Origin: Podarcis bocagei
Lineage: Eukaryota
Strand: one strand, 5' to 3'
Length of the DNA: 64,000 bases
Assembly (NCBI GenBank): GCA_964188305.1
Contig: OZ076894.1
The translations under genes and the position numbers were made by a program. Under the pieces are notes generated by a model, which was given only the letters and a program-made list of their open reading frames with translations, was not told the DNA's origin and searched no databases. Of the stretch, positions 37,258-49,570 are shown piece after piece; the stretch's first letter is position 1, and the number at the start of each line of letters is the position of its first letter.

Positions 37258-37523
37258 AAGGAGGAAGAAGAAGAAGAGAAGAAGAGTTTGGATTTGATAT
37301 CCCACTTTATCACTACCCAAAGGAGTCTCAAAGTGGCTCACAATCTCCTTTCCCTTCCTCCCCCACAACAAACACTCTGTGAGGTGAGTGGGGCTGAGAG
37401 ACTTCAAAGAAGTGTGACTGGCCCAAGGTCACCCAGCAGCTGCATGTGGAGGAGCGGGGACGCGAACCCGGTTCCCCAGATTACGGGTCTACCGCTCTTA
37501 ACCACTATACCACACTGGCTCTC
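37258..37523 (-). mobile_element. Squam3-like SINE
   Basis: Near-identical to 26193-26442. Confidence 0.82.
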
Positions 37524-37803
37524 GTGTGGAGAGGGAGACGGTGAGCAGAGGTGCCCCTTCTGGCGTCGCTCCTCCTCCCTCCCCACAGAAGGGGACGCGG
37601 AAAGTCCTTCCGAGCGTGGCGCTTTCCCGCCTGCCAGCTAAATGCCTCACCTCAGGCTGCTGCTGCTGCTGCTGCTGCAATGGCAGAGGCAGCGGAGGGG
37701 TGCACGCTCTGCCATGGTGGTGCTGAAACTCTAAAACTCTAAAATTGAACAGCAAAAGTTTGGGGTTGTTTTATATGCCCAGTCGCCTAATACACCGGAA
37801 TCT

Positions 37804-38154
37804 AAAGGTAAAGGGACCCCTGACCATTAGGTCCAGTCGTGGCCGACTCTGGGGTTGCAGCGCTCATCTCGCTCTATTGGCCAAGGGAGCCGGCGTACAG
37901 CTTCCGGGTCATGTGGCCAGCATGACTAAGCCGCTTCTGGCGAACCAGAGCAGCGCACGGAAACGCCGTTTACCTTCCCGCTGGAGCGGTACCTATTTAT
38001 CTACTTGCACTTTGAGATGCTTTTAAACTGCTAGGTTGGCAGCAGCAGGGACCAAGCAACAGGAGCTCACCCCATCACGGGGATTCGAACCGCCGACCTT
38101 CTGATTGGCAAGCCCTAGGCTCTGTGGTTTAACCCACAGTGTCACCCCCGTCCC
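37804..38154 (-). mobile_element. Sauria SINE
   Basis: Reverse complement of the 12646 copy; GAATCTA repeated at ~37798 and 38161. Confidence 0.92.
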
Positions 38155-38289
38155 ACGGCAGAATCTATGGTACATTTTATACCTTAACCTGTGCAGTGTG
38201 GTGACCAGGTTCAGCATCAGAACCTGGAATATTTGGGCAGCTGCTGGGGCCATGCAGCTGAGCAGGGTCCTCTGGTGTCGATATACAAA

Positions 38290-38415
38290 GAGCCCAGATA
38301 ACTCAGTTGGTTAGAGCATGGTGCTGATAGCACCAAGGTTGCAGGTTCAATCCCTGTATGGGACAGCTGCATATCCCTGCATTGCAGGGCAGTTGGACCT
38401 CTGTGATCCTATGCC
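38290..38415 (+). mobile_element. Short tRNA-derived SINE with CR1-like tail
   Basis: A box TAACTCAGTTGG, B box GGTTCAATCCC, tail CCTGCATTGCAGGG similar to the CR1 3' UTR. Confidence 0.65.
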
Positions 38416-38707
38416 AATGAAGCCTGCCAAGGGGTTCCCAGGAAGTGTCGGTGATATAGCACTAGCTGACATCATTGAGGTTTGGGTTGGAGCACGAGCA
38501 GTGCTATGCCAGGAGCCTACTCAAGCTTGTCACCCATGTTTGTATGTGTGTAGGAAATGTTGTTGTAGGAAGCAATGCTAAGACCAATTTGAGTTGGGTG
38601 AGGAATTTAGTCACTCATTGCTGTTCTGCCTTGGTCAGACCACACTTGGAATACCATGTTCAGTTCTGGGCACCACCATTTATGCTTGTGGAGACCAGTA
38701 TATAGAG

Positions 38708-38845
38708 CAGCATTTCTCAACCTGTGGGTCTCCAGATGTTGTTGAACTACAACTCCCATCACCCCTAGCTAGCAAGGCCAGAGCTTGGGGATGATGGGAG
38801 TTGTAGTCCAATAACATCTGGGGACCCGCAGGTTGAGAACCGCTG
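38708..38845. mobile_element. Palindromic hAT (Charlie-type) MITE with 8-bp TSD ATATAGAG
   Basis: CAG..TTCTCAACCTG / CAGGTTGAGAA..CTG TIRs; ATATAGAG at 38700-38707 and 38846-38853. Confidence 0.85.
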
Positions 38846-39142
38846 ATATAGAGAAACCAGAAGCTGAAGACTGACTAAGATGTGGTTTCTGAAATAAGGT
38901 TTGGTGGCCCATGGCTGAAATTTTCTTACCAAGTATAACTGATTCTTTATGTCCTCTTTTCCTGTACTGTTGATCCATCGACTTGATGCTAATGGGTCAC
39001 ACACCACTTCTCCCCTTCCTTCTGCTTCTTGTCAGGGTAGGGTGCGGACGCAAAGTGTTGCAGTTGGGACCCCTCTTTAACCACACTGATTAGGTATTGA
39101 AATGGACTGCCTAATGTTAGGTGATAATATTTACAATGTATT

Positions 39143-39738
39143 ATCTAGGCTGTATCAACAGAAGAATAGTGACCAGATCAAGGGAAGTATTAGTGCCACT
39201 CTATTCTGCCTTGGTCAGACCACACTTGGAATACTGTGTCCAGTTCTGGGCACCACAATTTTAAGAAGAATATTGATAAGCTGGAACATGTGTAGAGGAG
39301 GTATACCAAGATGATCAAGGGGTCTGGAAACCAAGCCTTGTAAGGAATGGCAGAGAGACTTGGGTATGCTAACCTAGAAAAGAGGAGACTGAGAGGAGAT
39401 ATGATAGCCATCTTCAAATATCTCAAGGGCTGTCACATGGAAGAAGCAGCAAACTTGTTTTCTCCTTCTCCAGAGGGCAGGACTCGAGCCAGCGGACTCA
39501 AGTTACATGAAAGGAGATTCTGACTAAATATCAGGAAGAACTTTCTGACAGCAAGAGCTGTTCGACAGTGTAAAAGACTCCCTTGGACAGTGGTGGACTC
39601 TTCTCCCTTGGAGCTTTTAAAGCAGAGATTGGGTGGTTATTTGCCATGGATGGTTTAGTCATGATTCCAGCATTGCAGGGGATTGGACTAGATGACCCTC
39701 AGAGTCCCTTCCAACTCTACTATTCTATGATTCTATGA
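39143..39738 (+). mobile_element. CR1 LINE 3' fragment (smaller piece also at ~38600-38680)
   Basis: [39 protein letters not shown]; ATTCTATGATTCTATGA tail. Confidence 0.9.
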
Positions 39739-42069
39739 AATGTAATTCGGAGAAAACGGGTAATTCATGAGGACTGTGCTATTTTCTAATTTCGATATTT
39801 ACTTTGAAAAGTATTCAATACATCCAAGCCATAGCTGGAAAAATACTCATCCCAATGAGCATTCACATTGTTGGATGCGGTTTGGCAACCTTTTGCTTCG
39901 TAGCACCATTCTTCTTCTTTTTTTACTTTTACTTAGCCTCACTTACTGCCATTTGATTGGATTTACTCTGATGACCTTCACTTTGGATGCCCACCATGTT
40001 GTTGCATTAGACCGTTTATTAGTGTGCCACTGAGACAAGATCATGCAGATAGCCACAGCTATTGATGGGCAACTCTGTTGATTTTGGTTTCTCAATTTTC
40101 CAATCCTAAATCCATATCACTTAGCATCTTTTTTTTAAAAAAAAAATCTTCATGAAGCAAATTTCTCCTAATAGACGCATACTGGTACGTCATTGCCTAC
40201 TATACACATTTTGCAAAAGAATTTCCCCAAATTTAATGCATTTTGTATGACATATCCTCAAATACATGCATTTTTATGCACACTTTGTCCTACTTTATGC
40301 ATTTATATGCACATTGCTTGGCTGGAGAACTGCACTGCAAAATTCAGAGAAGTGTGAATTTTGAAAGGTGGCCGTTGTTCGGTTCGCAGATCGTTTCAGG
40401 AAGTGGAAGTTAGGCAAGTTCACCTTTAAATGTGAACTGAACCAAATCTCCTTATCCCATCCCTTAGGCACAGCCAATTGGATTAAATGGCAGTGAGGGC
40501 ACGGGAGCCAGAGGACAGCGATAGCAAAGAAGAATATGGAAACATGGAACAAAGAGCAGCTGCGGCCAGGGGAATAAAAGGGCACAAAACAGCATGAAAA
40601 CATCATAAACATTTCACGAGTATAAAAAAAACCCCAATAAAATTGGGAGGTGCTTCTCAACAAACACAAAAGTTGGCAATTCTCTCTGGGTAGGAACGCT
40701 CCTAAATTTCTCTTCTAGACTCTCTCCAGACTCTAATATGTCGAACTGCCTTGGATTGCATGCAGAACAGAACAAATTGAGGCAGCTTTCTCCAGTTATA
40801 TTTTCCAGAATTCCTCCCGAGTATACATATTTATGTCCATGCATTTGCATCTACCCCCACTCCCAGGTTTACTGTTATGCTGCTGCCTGACCATCAACTA
40901 TCGATATGCAGACTGCTGGTGAACAGTCCAGAATGAACCTCTCTCTGCTAAAACTGGGATGCTAAAACTTCTGAACTAGTTATGAAATAGAATGAGAAGA
41001 TCTGATCCTGCCTACGTTTAGGTCAGTCCAGGGGAATGATCTTCTTGCTCAGTTTGTTACCTCTGGATCCAAGACATTCAGGGCAACATACATAGACCCA
41101 TCCCCTTTTAATCTTACAACAGCTTTGTGACCAAAGCAGAGCAGCGTTTTTTCAGGTCTCCCAGATCCAAGTTTAACAGCTTTGGACACTATACCAGCCA
41201 ACCTACGGCCTGGACCTAAACTCCACCATCGCCATTCTTTGGGGAGAAGGGAAAGAAGGCAAGGTGGAGTTTACAACTTAGAATCACAAAATTGTAGAGT
41301 TGGAAGGGACCACAAGGGGCCTGGAATGCAAGAATATTTCACCCAATGTGAACCTGCAACCCTGAAATTAAAAGCCTCACGCTCTACTAACTGAGCCTAA
41401 AAAGCAACCCTTTCTGTCCTTTTCAAAGTCTGAGAAATGTAGGCTGCTGCTGCTGCTGCATGTATGCTGATCATCTTTATTGCTATACAGTTCTAGTTTG
41501 GGTTTTCTGACTGGTTAGAGGGCTTTGCTCCTTCCTGTTCCCCTCTCCTTCTCACTCCTCCACACTGTAGCACAGATGCACCAAGTAGGAAACTCTTGGC
41601 CTTTGGCTGTTTTTTCCCCAGTGTCTAAATATTTTCCATGTAGATTTTAGAGTAATTAGTTAGGGTTTCTTGTTTCTTTCACATAGCTTAGCTGCTAAGG
41701 ACCAACAATCCTCAAAGCCGTTCTCCAGACTATCCAGCTTCCATGGCAAATTTATATGGCAGCATCTGCAGTACAGCTTCGCTGTTGTTATCACGGTGTG
41801 ATTGACACTGGAATTGCCAGCATCCCCGCAGCATGAGCAGTTTCTCTGCAGCAACTGTTCCCCATCCAAAAGTGAGCTGACAACCAGCGCAAGGGTAACT
41901 ACCGGCTGTAACATTATTAGATTATTAAAGCTACAAGATTATCCCCGTTGTAAGATTTCTACTTAGATTTTTTTTAAAAAACAAAAACAACACATTGGAG
42001 TGAAATCATTGGCCTCATTAGTGTTTTGCTCTGCTGTTTCCCATGCTGTCTGGTTGATATTATGGGGCA

Positions 42070-42424
42070 GGTAAAAGGTAACGGGACCCCTGACCATTAG
42101 GTCCAGTCATGGCCGACTCTGGGGTTGCGGCGCTCATCTCGCTTTATTGGCCGAGGGAGCCGGCGTACAGCTTCCGGGTCATGTGGCCAGCATGACTAAG
42201 CCACTTCTGGTGAACCAGAGCAGTGCACGGAAACATCATTTACCTTCCCGCCAGAGCAGTACCTATTTATCTACTTGCATTTAGACATGCTTTCAAACTG
42301 CTAGGTTGGCAGGAGCAGGGACCGAGCAACGGGAGCTCACCCCGTTGTGGGGATTCGAACCGCTGACCTTCTGATCGGCAAGTCCTAGGCTCTGTGGTTT
42401 AACCCACAGCACCACCCACGTCCC
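42070..42424 (-). mobile_element. Sauria SINE
   Basis: Full-length reverse copy; imperfect TSD TATG(G/T)GGCAG. Confidence 0.92.
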
Positions 42425-43334
42425 TGTTATGTGGCAGAATCCTACACAAATGTTATCTAGATGGCAGCCTATTTACTATGTCTCGGTGAGCATAATAAAG
42501 GCTGTCGAAAACTGAACCCTACCATGTGACATGCACATCCCTACCCTGAATTCTACTTTATGGGGTGAAGGGGATGTCTGGAACTTCCAATTGCATATAA
42601 CAGATAGTTAGACTTTTAAAAGAACAGCTTTGAAGATCAACACATCTATTGCAATCAGGGTTTTTGCAAACAGAGAGGGCATGAATGGATTATATTCTGG
42701 CGGGGGGGGGGGGGGAGCGGATGGCTGCACTTTCCATATAGTATCACAATTTAGAAGACCAGGATATAAGCAAATTTAAACACATTTATTCCCAATTAAC
42801 TTGATTTAGTTTGGCTGTGTATTCTGTTATAAGCCTGCCACACGTTCTGTCCCTGCACAGTAGACCTATAATTAAAAAATGATATGAGATTGTGGCAAGT
42901 CACAACAAGCCATCAATTTAAATTAAAGACAGGTGGGTGCAGGAATGGGTACTGCAAACTAAAACCACGGTCAAAAGATTTCCAAGCTGACTAAATATCA
43001 CATCAGAATGAAGCATAGCCGACTCTTTATTCTTCTATTATTTTACAAATATTGCATGGGTTGAAGGAATGTTGGGGCTCAGCCCTTCCATACACATGCA
43101 GAACATATGCAGAATTTGTATCAGCTCCCTTTTTCAAGACTTTGAAAATCACTGTTGTGGTTTGGCCTATCGAATCTCCCATTCTAATGAATGTGCGACC
43201 TGAAGTCTCCACCACACAAAGAATGGGCTTAATTTAGTATGAAGGATATAAAGATTTTTCAAGTAAGGAGAACAGCACCAGTTCAGCTGAACTGGGGAGG
43301 AGGGAAGAGGCACACTATAAAAAGGCAGTATGAA

Positions 43335-43687
43335 AGGACGCGGGTGGCACTGTGGGTTAAACCACAGAGCCTAGGAGTTGCCGATCAGAAGGTCGGCAAT
43401 TCAAATCCCCGTGACGGGGTGAGCTCCCGTTGTTCGGTTCCTGCTCCTGCCCATCTAGCAGTTCGAAAGCATGTCAAAGTGCAAGTGGATAAATAGGTAC
43501 CGCTCCAGTGGGAAGGTAAACAGTGTTTCCGTGTGCTGCTCTGGTTCACCAGAAGCGGCTTAGTCATGCTGGCCACATGACCCAGAAGCTGTACGCCGGC
43601 TCCCTCAGCCAATAAAGTGAGATGAGTGCCGCAACCCCAGAGTCGGCCACGACTGGACCAAATGGTCAGGGGTCCCTTTACCTTACC
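43335..43687 (+). mobile_element. Sauria SINE
   Basis: Full-length copy with TTTACCTTACC tail. Confidence 0.92.
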
Positions 43688-44254
43688 TATTGTTCTAGAA
43701 AAAGAAGTGCCAGGACTCAACATGAACCGCCTCCCTTGTTTTCTTATAATGGCGTCCACCTGAGAGGTGGCGGAACTGAGTTCCAGCTGAAAAAACCTCA
43801 CTTGTTTGAAGATACGTTTACCAGTACTTGGCATTGCTTAAATGCCAGCACAAATCCCTCTTGTGCCCACTGTTTGCATGTCCTCCACACTGTCTCCAAG
43901 CCCACAATACAATAACACTTAGAATTCTGACTAATTCAGAAATGTTTTGAAAGCTCAGAAGGAGAAAAGTAAGAAAACAAGTGCAAATGATTCGCACTTC
44001 CTTTCCTGGGACTCATCCAAAGGTGGAAATATACCCATTTTGGCTAGAGAGAGAGAGAGAGATGTTCATCCTCCTGATACAGGAGCAAATCACCCGACTT
44101 CCCATGGGAATCATATGCACTTTCTCCCTTTAGATTTGACCCCAAAATTAGGGGAGATAAAGTGTGACTTGCCTGCACTTTCTTTTCCGTCACATGGAAA
44201 GCAAACACCCATCCTTGGAGTTGGGCAAGATTTGCATTCCAGTAGTTTGGAGCA

Positions 44255-44736
44255 CAAAGGTCCATATAGTTAAAGCTATGGTTTTCCCAGTAGTGATGTA
44301 TGGAAGTGAGAGCTGGACCATAACGAAGGCTGGTCGCTGAAGAATTGATGCTTTTGAATTATGGTGCTGGAGGAGACTCTTGAGAGTCCCATGGACTGCA
44401 AGAAGATCAAACCTCTCCATTCTGAAGGAAATCAGCCCTGAGTGCTCACTGGAAGGACAGATCCTGAAGCTGAGGCTCCAAGACTTTGGCCACCTCATGA
44501 GAAGAGAAGACTCCCTGGAAAAGACCCTGATGTTGGGAAAGATGGAGGGCACAAAGAGAAGGGGACAACAGAGGACGAGATGGTGGGACAGTGTTCTCGA
44601 AGCTACCAGCATGAGTTTGACCAAACTGCGGGAGGCAGTGGAAGACAGGAGTGCCTGGTGTGCTCTGGTCCATGGGGTCACGAAGAGTCGGACACGACTA
44701 AACGACTAAACAACAACAACAACAACAATAACAAGA
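44255..44736 (+). mobile_element. RTE BovB LINE 3' fragment with 11-bp TSD AGTTTGGAGCA
   Basis: Near-identical to the 23393 copy; (CAA)n tail; TSD at 44244-44254 and 44737-44747. Confidence 0.93.
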
Positions 44737-45342
44737 AGTTTGGAGCAATTCACTACCAATCAATTACCAGGCTAAGCCAAGTCTGCTCAAAAGAGGCTCA
44801 GCATAGCATGACGCCCATTGTAACCAAACCTCCAGGCCACCATGCAAATGCTTACAGGTATGAAATAATTTCCTACGGATGCCTGCAAGGTGCCACGTGC
44901 TCGTCACATACGCAAACTTGCATTCATTTTATCTGACCCTGGTTTCTTTTCGGTTGGTGGCAGAATAAAGAATGCTCAGTGTTGACTTCAGGCCTCTTGG
45001 ATGCTTTTGGAGGGATGATGTTTCAGCAGTTAAAGCAGTGAGAAAGGAAGTGCATTCCTTCCCACAAGACATTCCAACACAGTCTCCTCTGACAAAGATA
45101 ATCCTGGTGTTCCACCACTCCCACGTCCATAAAAAAAGGAAGGAAAACATCTAGGATAGAAAGCAGCTGCATTTAAGATTTAACAGCATAATCCCATCTC
45201 TAAGAGTATGGCTTAGGTAGGAACTGCCCACCAGACTGGAAGTTCTAAAATCCACAAGAGCGGAGGACCAGAGTTTGATTGTTTGCACTGTGACAGAGCC
45301 TTACATAGTCAACTGCTGCAACTTCTTCTCTTATTAAAAGTG

Positions 45343-45805
45343 AATCATAGAATTGTAGGGTTGCAAAGGACCACAAGGATCATCTAGACCATGAGTAGGC
45401 AACCTAAGGCCCGGGGGCTGGATCCGGCCCAATCGCCTTCTAGATCCGGCCCGCGAATAGTCCAGGAATAAGTGTGTTTTTACATGAGTAGAATGTGTCC
45501 TTTTATTTAAAATGCATCTCTGGGTTATTTGTGGGGCCTGCTTGGTGTTTTTATATGAGTAGAATGTGTGCTTTTATTTAAAATGCATCTCTGAGTTATT
45601 TGTGGGGCATAGGAATTAATTCCTTCTTTTCTTCAAAATATAGTCCGGCCCCCCACAAGGTCTGAGCAACAGTGGACCGGCCCACGGCTGAAAATGTTTG
45701 CTGACCCCTGATCTAGACCATCCCTCTGCAATGCAGGAATCTCAGGTAAAGCATCCATAACAGATGGCCACCCAACTTCTGCTTAAAAACCTCCAAGGAA
45801 GGAGA
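45343..45805 (-). mobile_element. CR1 3' end interrupted by a hAT MITE
   Basis: GAATCATAGAAT tail and CR1 3' UTR sequence on both sides of 45390-45710. Confidence 0.7.
45390..45710. mobile_element. hAT (Charlie-type) non-autonomous transposon with 8-bp TSD ATCTAGAC
   Basis: ATCTAGAC at 45382-45389 and 45711-45718; CA..G termini; GGCCCG motifs; internal ~70-bp tandem duplication. Confidence 0.85.
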
Positions 45806-46059
45806 GAATTTTCTAATTAAGATTAATACCAAGTTTTCAAATAAAAATTAATAAAAATCCACTGTAACGTAACAGAGAATAGCACACCCAAATGCAAAGT
45901 TGGAAGGAACCACACGCAACAGCAGCAATCTAGAATGAAAAGTGTTGTTCCACTTAACCCTGGGTCACCAGTATGGAACCTCTGGGCACAGTGATTCCAT
46001 TTGTGGACTTGGCCTGCAACTGAGGAAGCCTCTGAAATCCCATCCCCAAAACTCACTTC

Positions 46060-47000
46060 CCCAAACCTCATTTCTGCTTTTGCTTCTTCTGAACATTCAT
46101 CTTTATTCGCTTGCTTTTCCCATTAGAACAAAATCTCTGTGTCCTTTTCTTGCTAAGATTTTAATATTTTTTTCAGATATTTCAAAAGTTAAACTCTGAA
46201 ATTAAGTACCGTAAGCACAATACTTATCTTTATCAAGTCTAACTTTCAAAACCTAGAAATGTTTCAGCCCCTTCCAACTTTTCAAAATTCAAGTTAGATT
46301 TCTTCAGTGAGTTGGCTACTATTAACTGCTCCATTTTAGCTGTTAATTTAACTCTCAAATATTGTGTTGTGATTTGTTTCCAATTATTCCTAACATGCTA
46401 TACATTTCCACCATCCTTCAAATAATACCCCATAGATTCTGTCTTAGAATTCATTTATTGTGTTCCCAGAAACTGATCCTGCATTTCACTTATCATTTGC
46501 TCAATGGATACTTTGCATTGGAAATGCTTGACGTGACGTCATCTGCTTATAGCAAAACATTATTTTTTTCATTTGCCAATTTTATTCCTTTTGTATCAAG
46601 ATATTTCTTAATCACTAATCCAGGCTTTAAATAAAGATAACAAAGGGAACAGATGACATGGAACATCCTTGCCTGGTTCTTTTTCCTAAATATACCTATT
46701 TATTTCCCAATGATTAATATTTTAGCGCTTGCGTTTTGACAACTTATCATTACCCAATCCTGAAAGTCCTAACTGATACAGTATTAGTTTAACGTTAAAC
46801 AGAAATGTTCTTTCCAACCAAAAATATGTCTTCTCAGAGTCTAAAAATGTAAATATAGGTGGTTGAGGTTTTTTTGTAAGTTTTCATAAATTAAATTACT
46901 GCTCTTCTTATATTATCATTTAAGAAACTTCCTTTCACAAATCCAGTTTGATCACCTTTGACATAGATTGAATACATTACTGGGAAACTATTTGCTATTA
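46060..47000 (-). mobile_element. Decayed L1-clade RT fragment
   Basis: Minus strand reads RTRQGCSMS (GTRQGCPLS) at ~46640-46680 and L*ADDV (YADD) at ~46530-46550. Confidence 0.7.
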
Positions 47001-47338
47001 CAGTGGTACCTTGGTTCTCAAACTTAATCTGTATCAAAGTCTATTCCAAAACCAAAGCGATCTAAAATCAAGGCGCACTTTCCCATAGAAAGTAATGCAA
47101 AACAGATTAATCTGTTCCAGACTTTTAAAAACAACCTCTAAAACAAATATTTAACATGAATTTTACTATCTAACAAGACCACTGATCCATAAAATAAAAG
47201 CAATAATCAATGTACTGTAGTAAAAAATAAATAAGACAGTATTGTAGATGATAAAAATAAAAAATAATTTTTCTTCTTCCCTGCACAGATGATAGTCATT
47301 GTTTGGATGGTTTTTTTTTATCCATGTCTGCAGTTAAC

Positions 47339-47369
<31 letters not shown>

Positions 47370-47623
47370 GTAGCTGAACTGGGATCCACACAGTCACAAA
47401 AACAAATTAACTGAAAAAGCCTCAAAACAAAAAATGCAAAATAAATAGCAAAAACAAAAGCACCAAATATAAGCTCCAAATATCACCTCAGAACACTGCA
47501 ATCAGAAAAGGAAGGCTTGAATTACAATGGGAGGGCTCAAATTAGCAGCACAACAGGAAACAGGGGGACTCAAAACAGAGCAAGTTTGGCTTCCGAAATA
47601 AAGTTCGAAAACCAGAACCACTG
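47001..47623. mobile_element. Longer Tc1/pogo-type non-autonomous element
   Basis: TA-CAGTGGTACC left end, ACCACTG-TA right end; contains a (CAAT)n tract. Confidence 0.65.
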
Positions 47624-47659
47624 TATTGTAGTCACAATACATGTCAGTCAGGTTGTGTA

Positions 47660-47895
47660 TTCACAGCAGTGACCCGAGGAGAAGTGACCGCTGGGAAGAT
47701 GAAACACCATGGTGCATCTGCAGCAGAACCGGACGCCTTCATCTGCCCTAGCTGCAATAGAACATGTCTCTTCTGTATCGGTCTCTACAACCGCAGCAGG
47801 TGCTGTAACTCTCCAATGGTTTGACTTTACCCCCGAAGGCGCACTCTTCCATTGTCTCCCAAGACAGACGGGTGCCAACAGCAACAACAAAACAG
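47660..47895 (+). mobile_element. RTE LINE 3' end (non-BovB)
   Basis: FICPSCNRTCL..IGLY zinc-finger-like C-terminus and (CAA)-rich tail. Confidence 0.65.
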
Positions 47896-48051
47896 GAGAA
47901 CAACAATTGGGAGTGCAGTCATGCAAATGCTGTGGCCAGGGAGGGACTAACTTATCAGAAATGCCACCATAGGCACCATCCGGTAGGCACTCTCGACACA
48001 TCTGCCTCCGCAGCAAAACAGGGAGTTGCCTGCAAGTTTCAGAATCACTAG

Positions 48052-48523
48052 GAACTCTGGCAGAAGAGCAGGACAGGGTGCAGGCTACCAACAATGTTGC
48101 TCCCGCAACCTGGGACTGGGGCTGGCTAGCTTTTATCTGCCCCAAGGCATAGGGTGGCCCCGGTCCACAGGTGACTCGCCTCTCCTGGCCTGGAGGCGAG
48201 GACTACTGCAGGAACTTAGTTCCCTCCGCCTCTCTGCCCTTAGCCTCTGTAGCTCAGGAGAGGCTGGAGGGTTACTGGACCCAGAGGCAACCTCCTCCTC
48301 CCCTGATGGGGCTGAGAGTGGAGAACCTGCAGGCAATGGGTCCTCGATCACTTCAGGAGCCAGAGCAGACTCAGCTGATGCCTGCACCTGAGGATACAGC
48401 ACAGGTGAGGACCCTTCAGGCTCAAGCCCCATCCCCAGCTCAGCTGGCTCTGGAGGCGGGGACTCCTGTGCAGGCTGGGATCCCTCAGTTTCAGCCTCCG
48501 AGTCCGAATCCCAGGACATCACA
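48052..48523 (-). mobile_element. Family A LTR-like copy 2 (one end truncated), flanked by ~200-bp direct duplication
   Basis: Homologous to 48971-49570; flanks 47850-48051 and 48524-48731 are near-identical direct repeats. Confidence 0.85.
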
Positions 48524-48970
48524 CATTGTCTCCCAAGACAGACGGGTGCCAACAGCAACAACAAAACAGGAGAACAACAATTGGGAGTGCAGTCATGCAA
48601 ATGCTGTGGCCAGAGAGGGGCTAAGGAGACACTTATCAGAAATTCCACCATAGGACCATCCGGTAGGCACTCTCGACGCATCTGCCTCCGCAGCAAAACA
48701 GGGAGTTGCCTGGAAGTTTCAGAATCACTAGAAACCAGCAAATTTAATTAGTGGTCTCATGTGAACACTGGGAAAACAGCAATGCCGCACCTGCCAGGAT
48801 GAAGTCTGATTAGCGGATCGAGAGAGGAGATACAAATTCACCAAAAGAGAGACCCAGATGTGAATTATCTTCAAAATGTAATTTCACTGAAATGACGGAA
48901 GCCCCATTCCGGACACGACAGTTTTGCACTCATTGTCTAATTAATTAAGTTGAAAGGTTGGCAGCATGAG

Positions 48971-49570
48971 TGTGCTGGCCCGGGGGCTAACCGAGAGGCG
49001 AGGTCCGAGTCCAGTCCGAGGTCAATGGTGCGGTATGGAGGCTGTCCGTCAAAGCTGTAGCTGGGTCCAAGGCGGGTGGGGTCAGGAACTCTGGCAGAAG
49101 AGCAGGACAGGGTGCAGGCAGGAACAGGCTACCAACAACGTTGCTCCCACAACCTGGGACTGTGGCTGGCTGGCTTTTATCTGCCCCGAGGCATAGGGCG
49201 GCCCCAGTCCACAGGTGACTCACCTCTCCTGGCCTGGAGGCGAGCACTCCTCCTGCGGGAACTTAGTTCCCTCTGCCTCTCTGCCCTGAGCCTCTGCAGC
49301 TCAGGAGAGGCTGGAGGGTTACTGGACCCAAAGGCAACCTCACCTTCCCCTGACGGGGCTGAGAGTGGAGCACCTGCAGGCAATGGGTCCTCCATCCCCT
49401 CAGGAGCCAGAGCAGACTCAGCTGGTGCCTGCACCTGAGGATCCAGCACAGGTAAGGACCCTTCAAGCTCAAGCCCCAGCCCCGGCTGAGCTGGTTCTGG
49501 AGTCGGGGACTCCTGTGCAGGCTGGGATTCCTCAGGTTCAGCCTCCGAGTCCGAATCCCAGGCCATCACA
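48971..49570 (-). mobile_element. Family A LTR-like copy 3, flanked by ~130-bp direct duplication
   Basis: TGTG...CACA termini; flanks 48840-48969 and 49575-49705 are direct repeats. Confidence 0.85.
49177..49566 (-). CDS. Putative LTR-encoded small acidic/Pro-rich protein with RRSARL motif (129 aa)
   Basis: Open from the ATG at element nt 5 to a TAA inside GATAAAAG. Frame, start and stop positions are shared with copies 1 and 2. Confidence 0.45.
   Translation of the reverse strand: MAWDSDSEAEPEESQPAQESPTPEPAQPGLGLELEGSLPVLDPQVQAPAESALAPEGMEDPLPAGAPLSAPSGEGEVAFGSSNPPASPELQRLRAERQRELSSRRRSARLQARRGESPVDWGRPMPRGR

Larger units (their letters stand above)
37164..38170. mobile_element. pogo/Tc2-like MITE carrying two nested SINEs
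   Basis: TA-CCGTAT left end and ...TATGG-TA right end; internal AAGACGAC/GTTGTCTT inverted motifs; interrupted at ~37258 and ~37804. Confidence 0.55.

Noticed and set aside
38290-38365. tRNA-like sequence
   Set aside because: It is the head of a SINE with a CR1-like tail; it lacks a clean cloverleaf and terminator.
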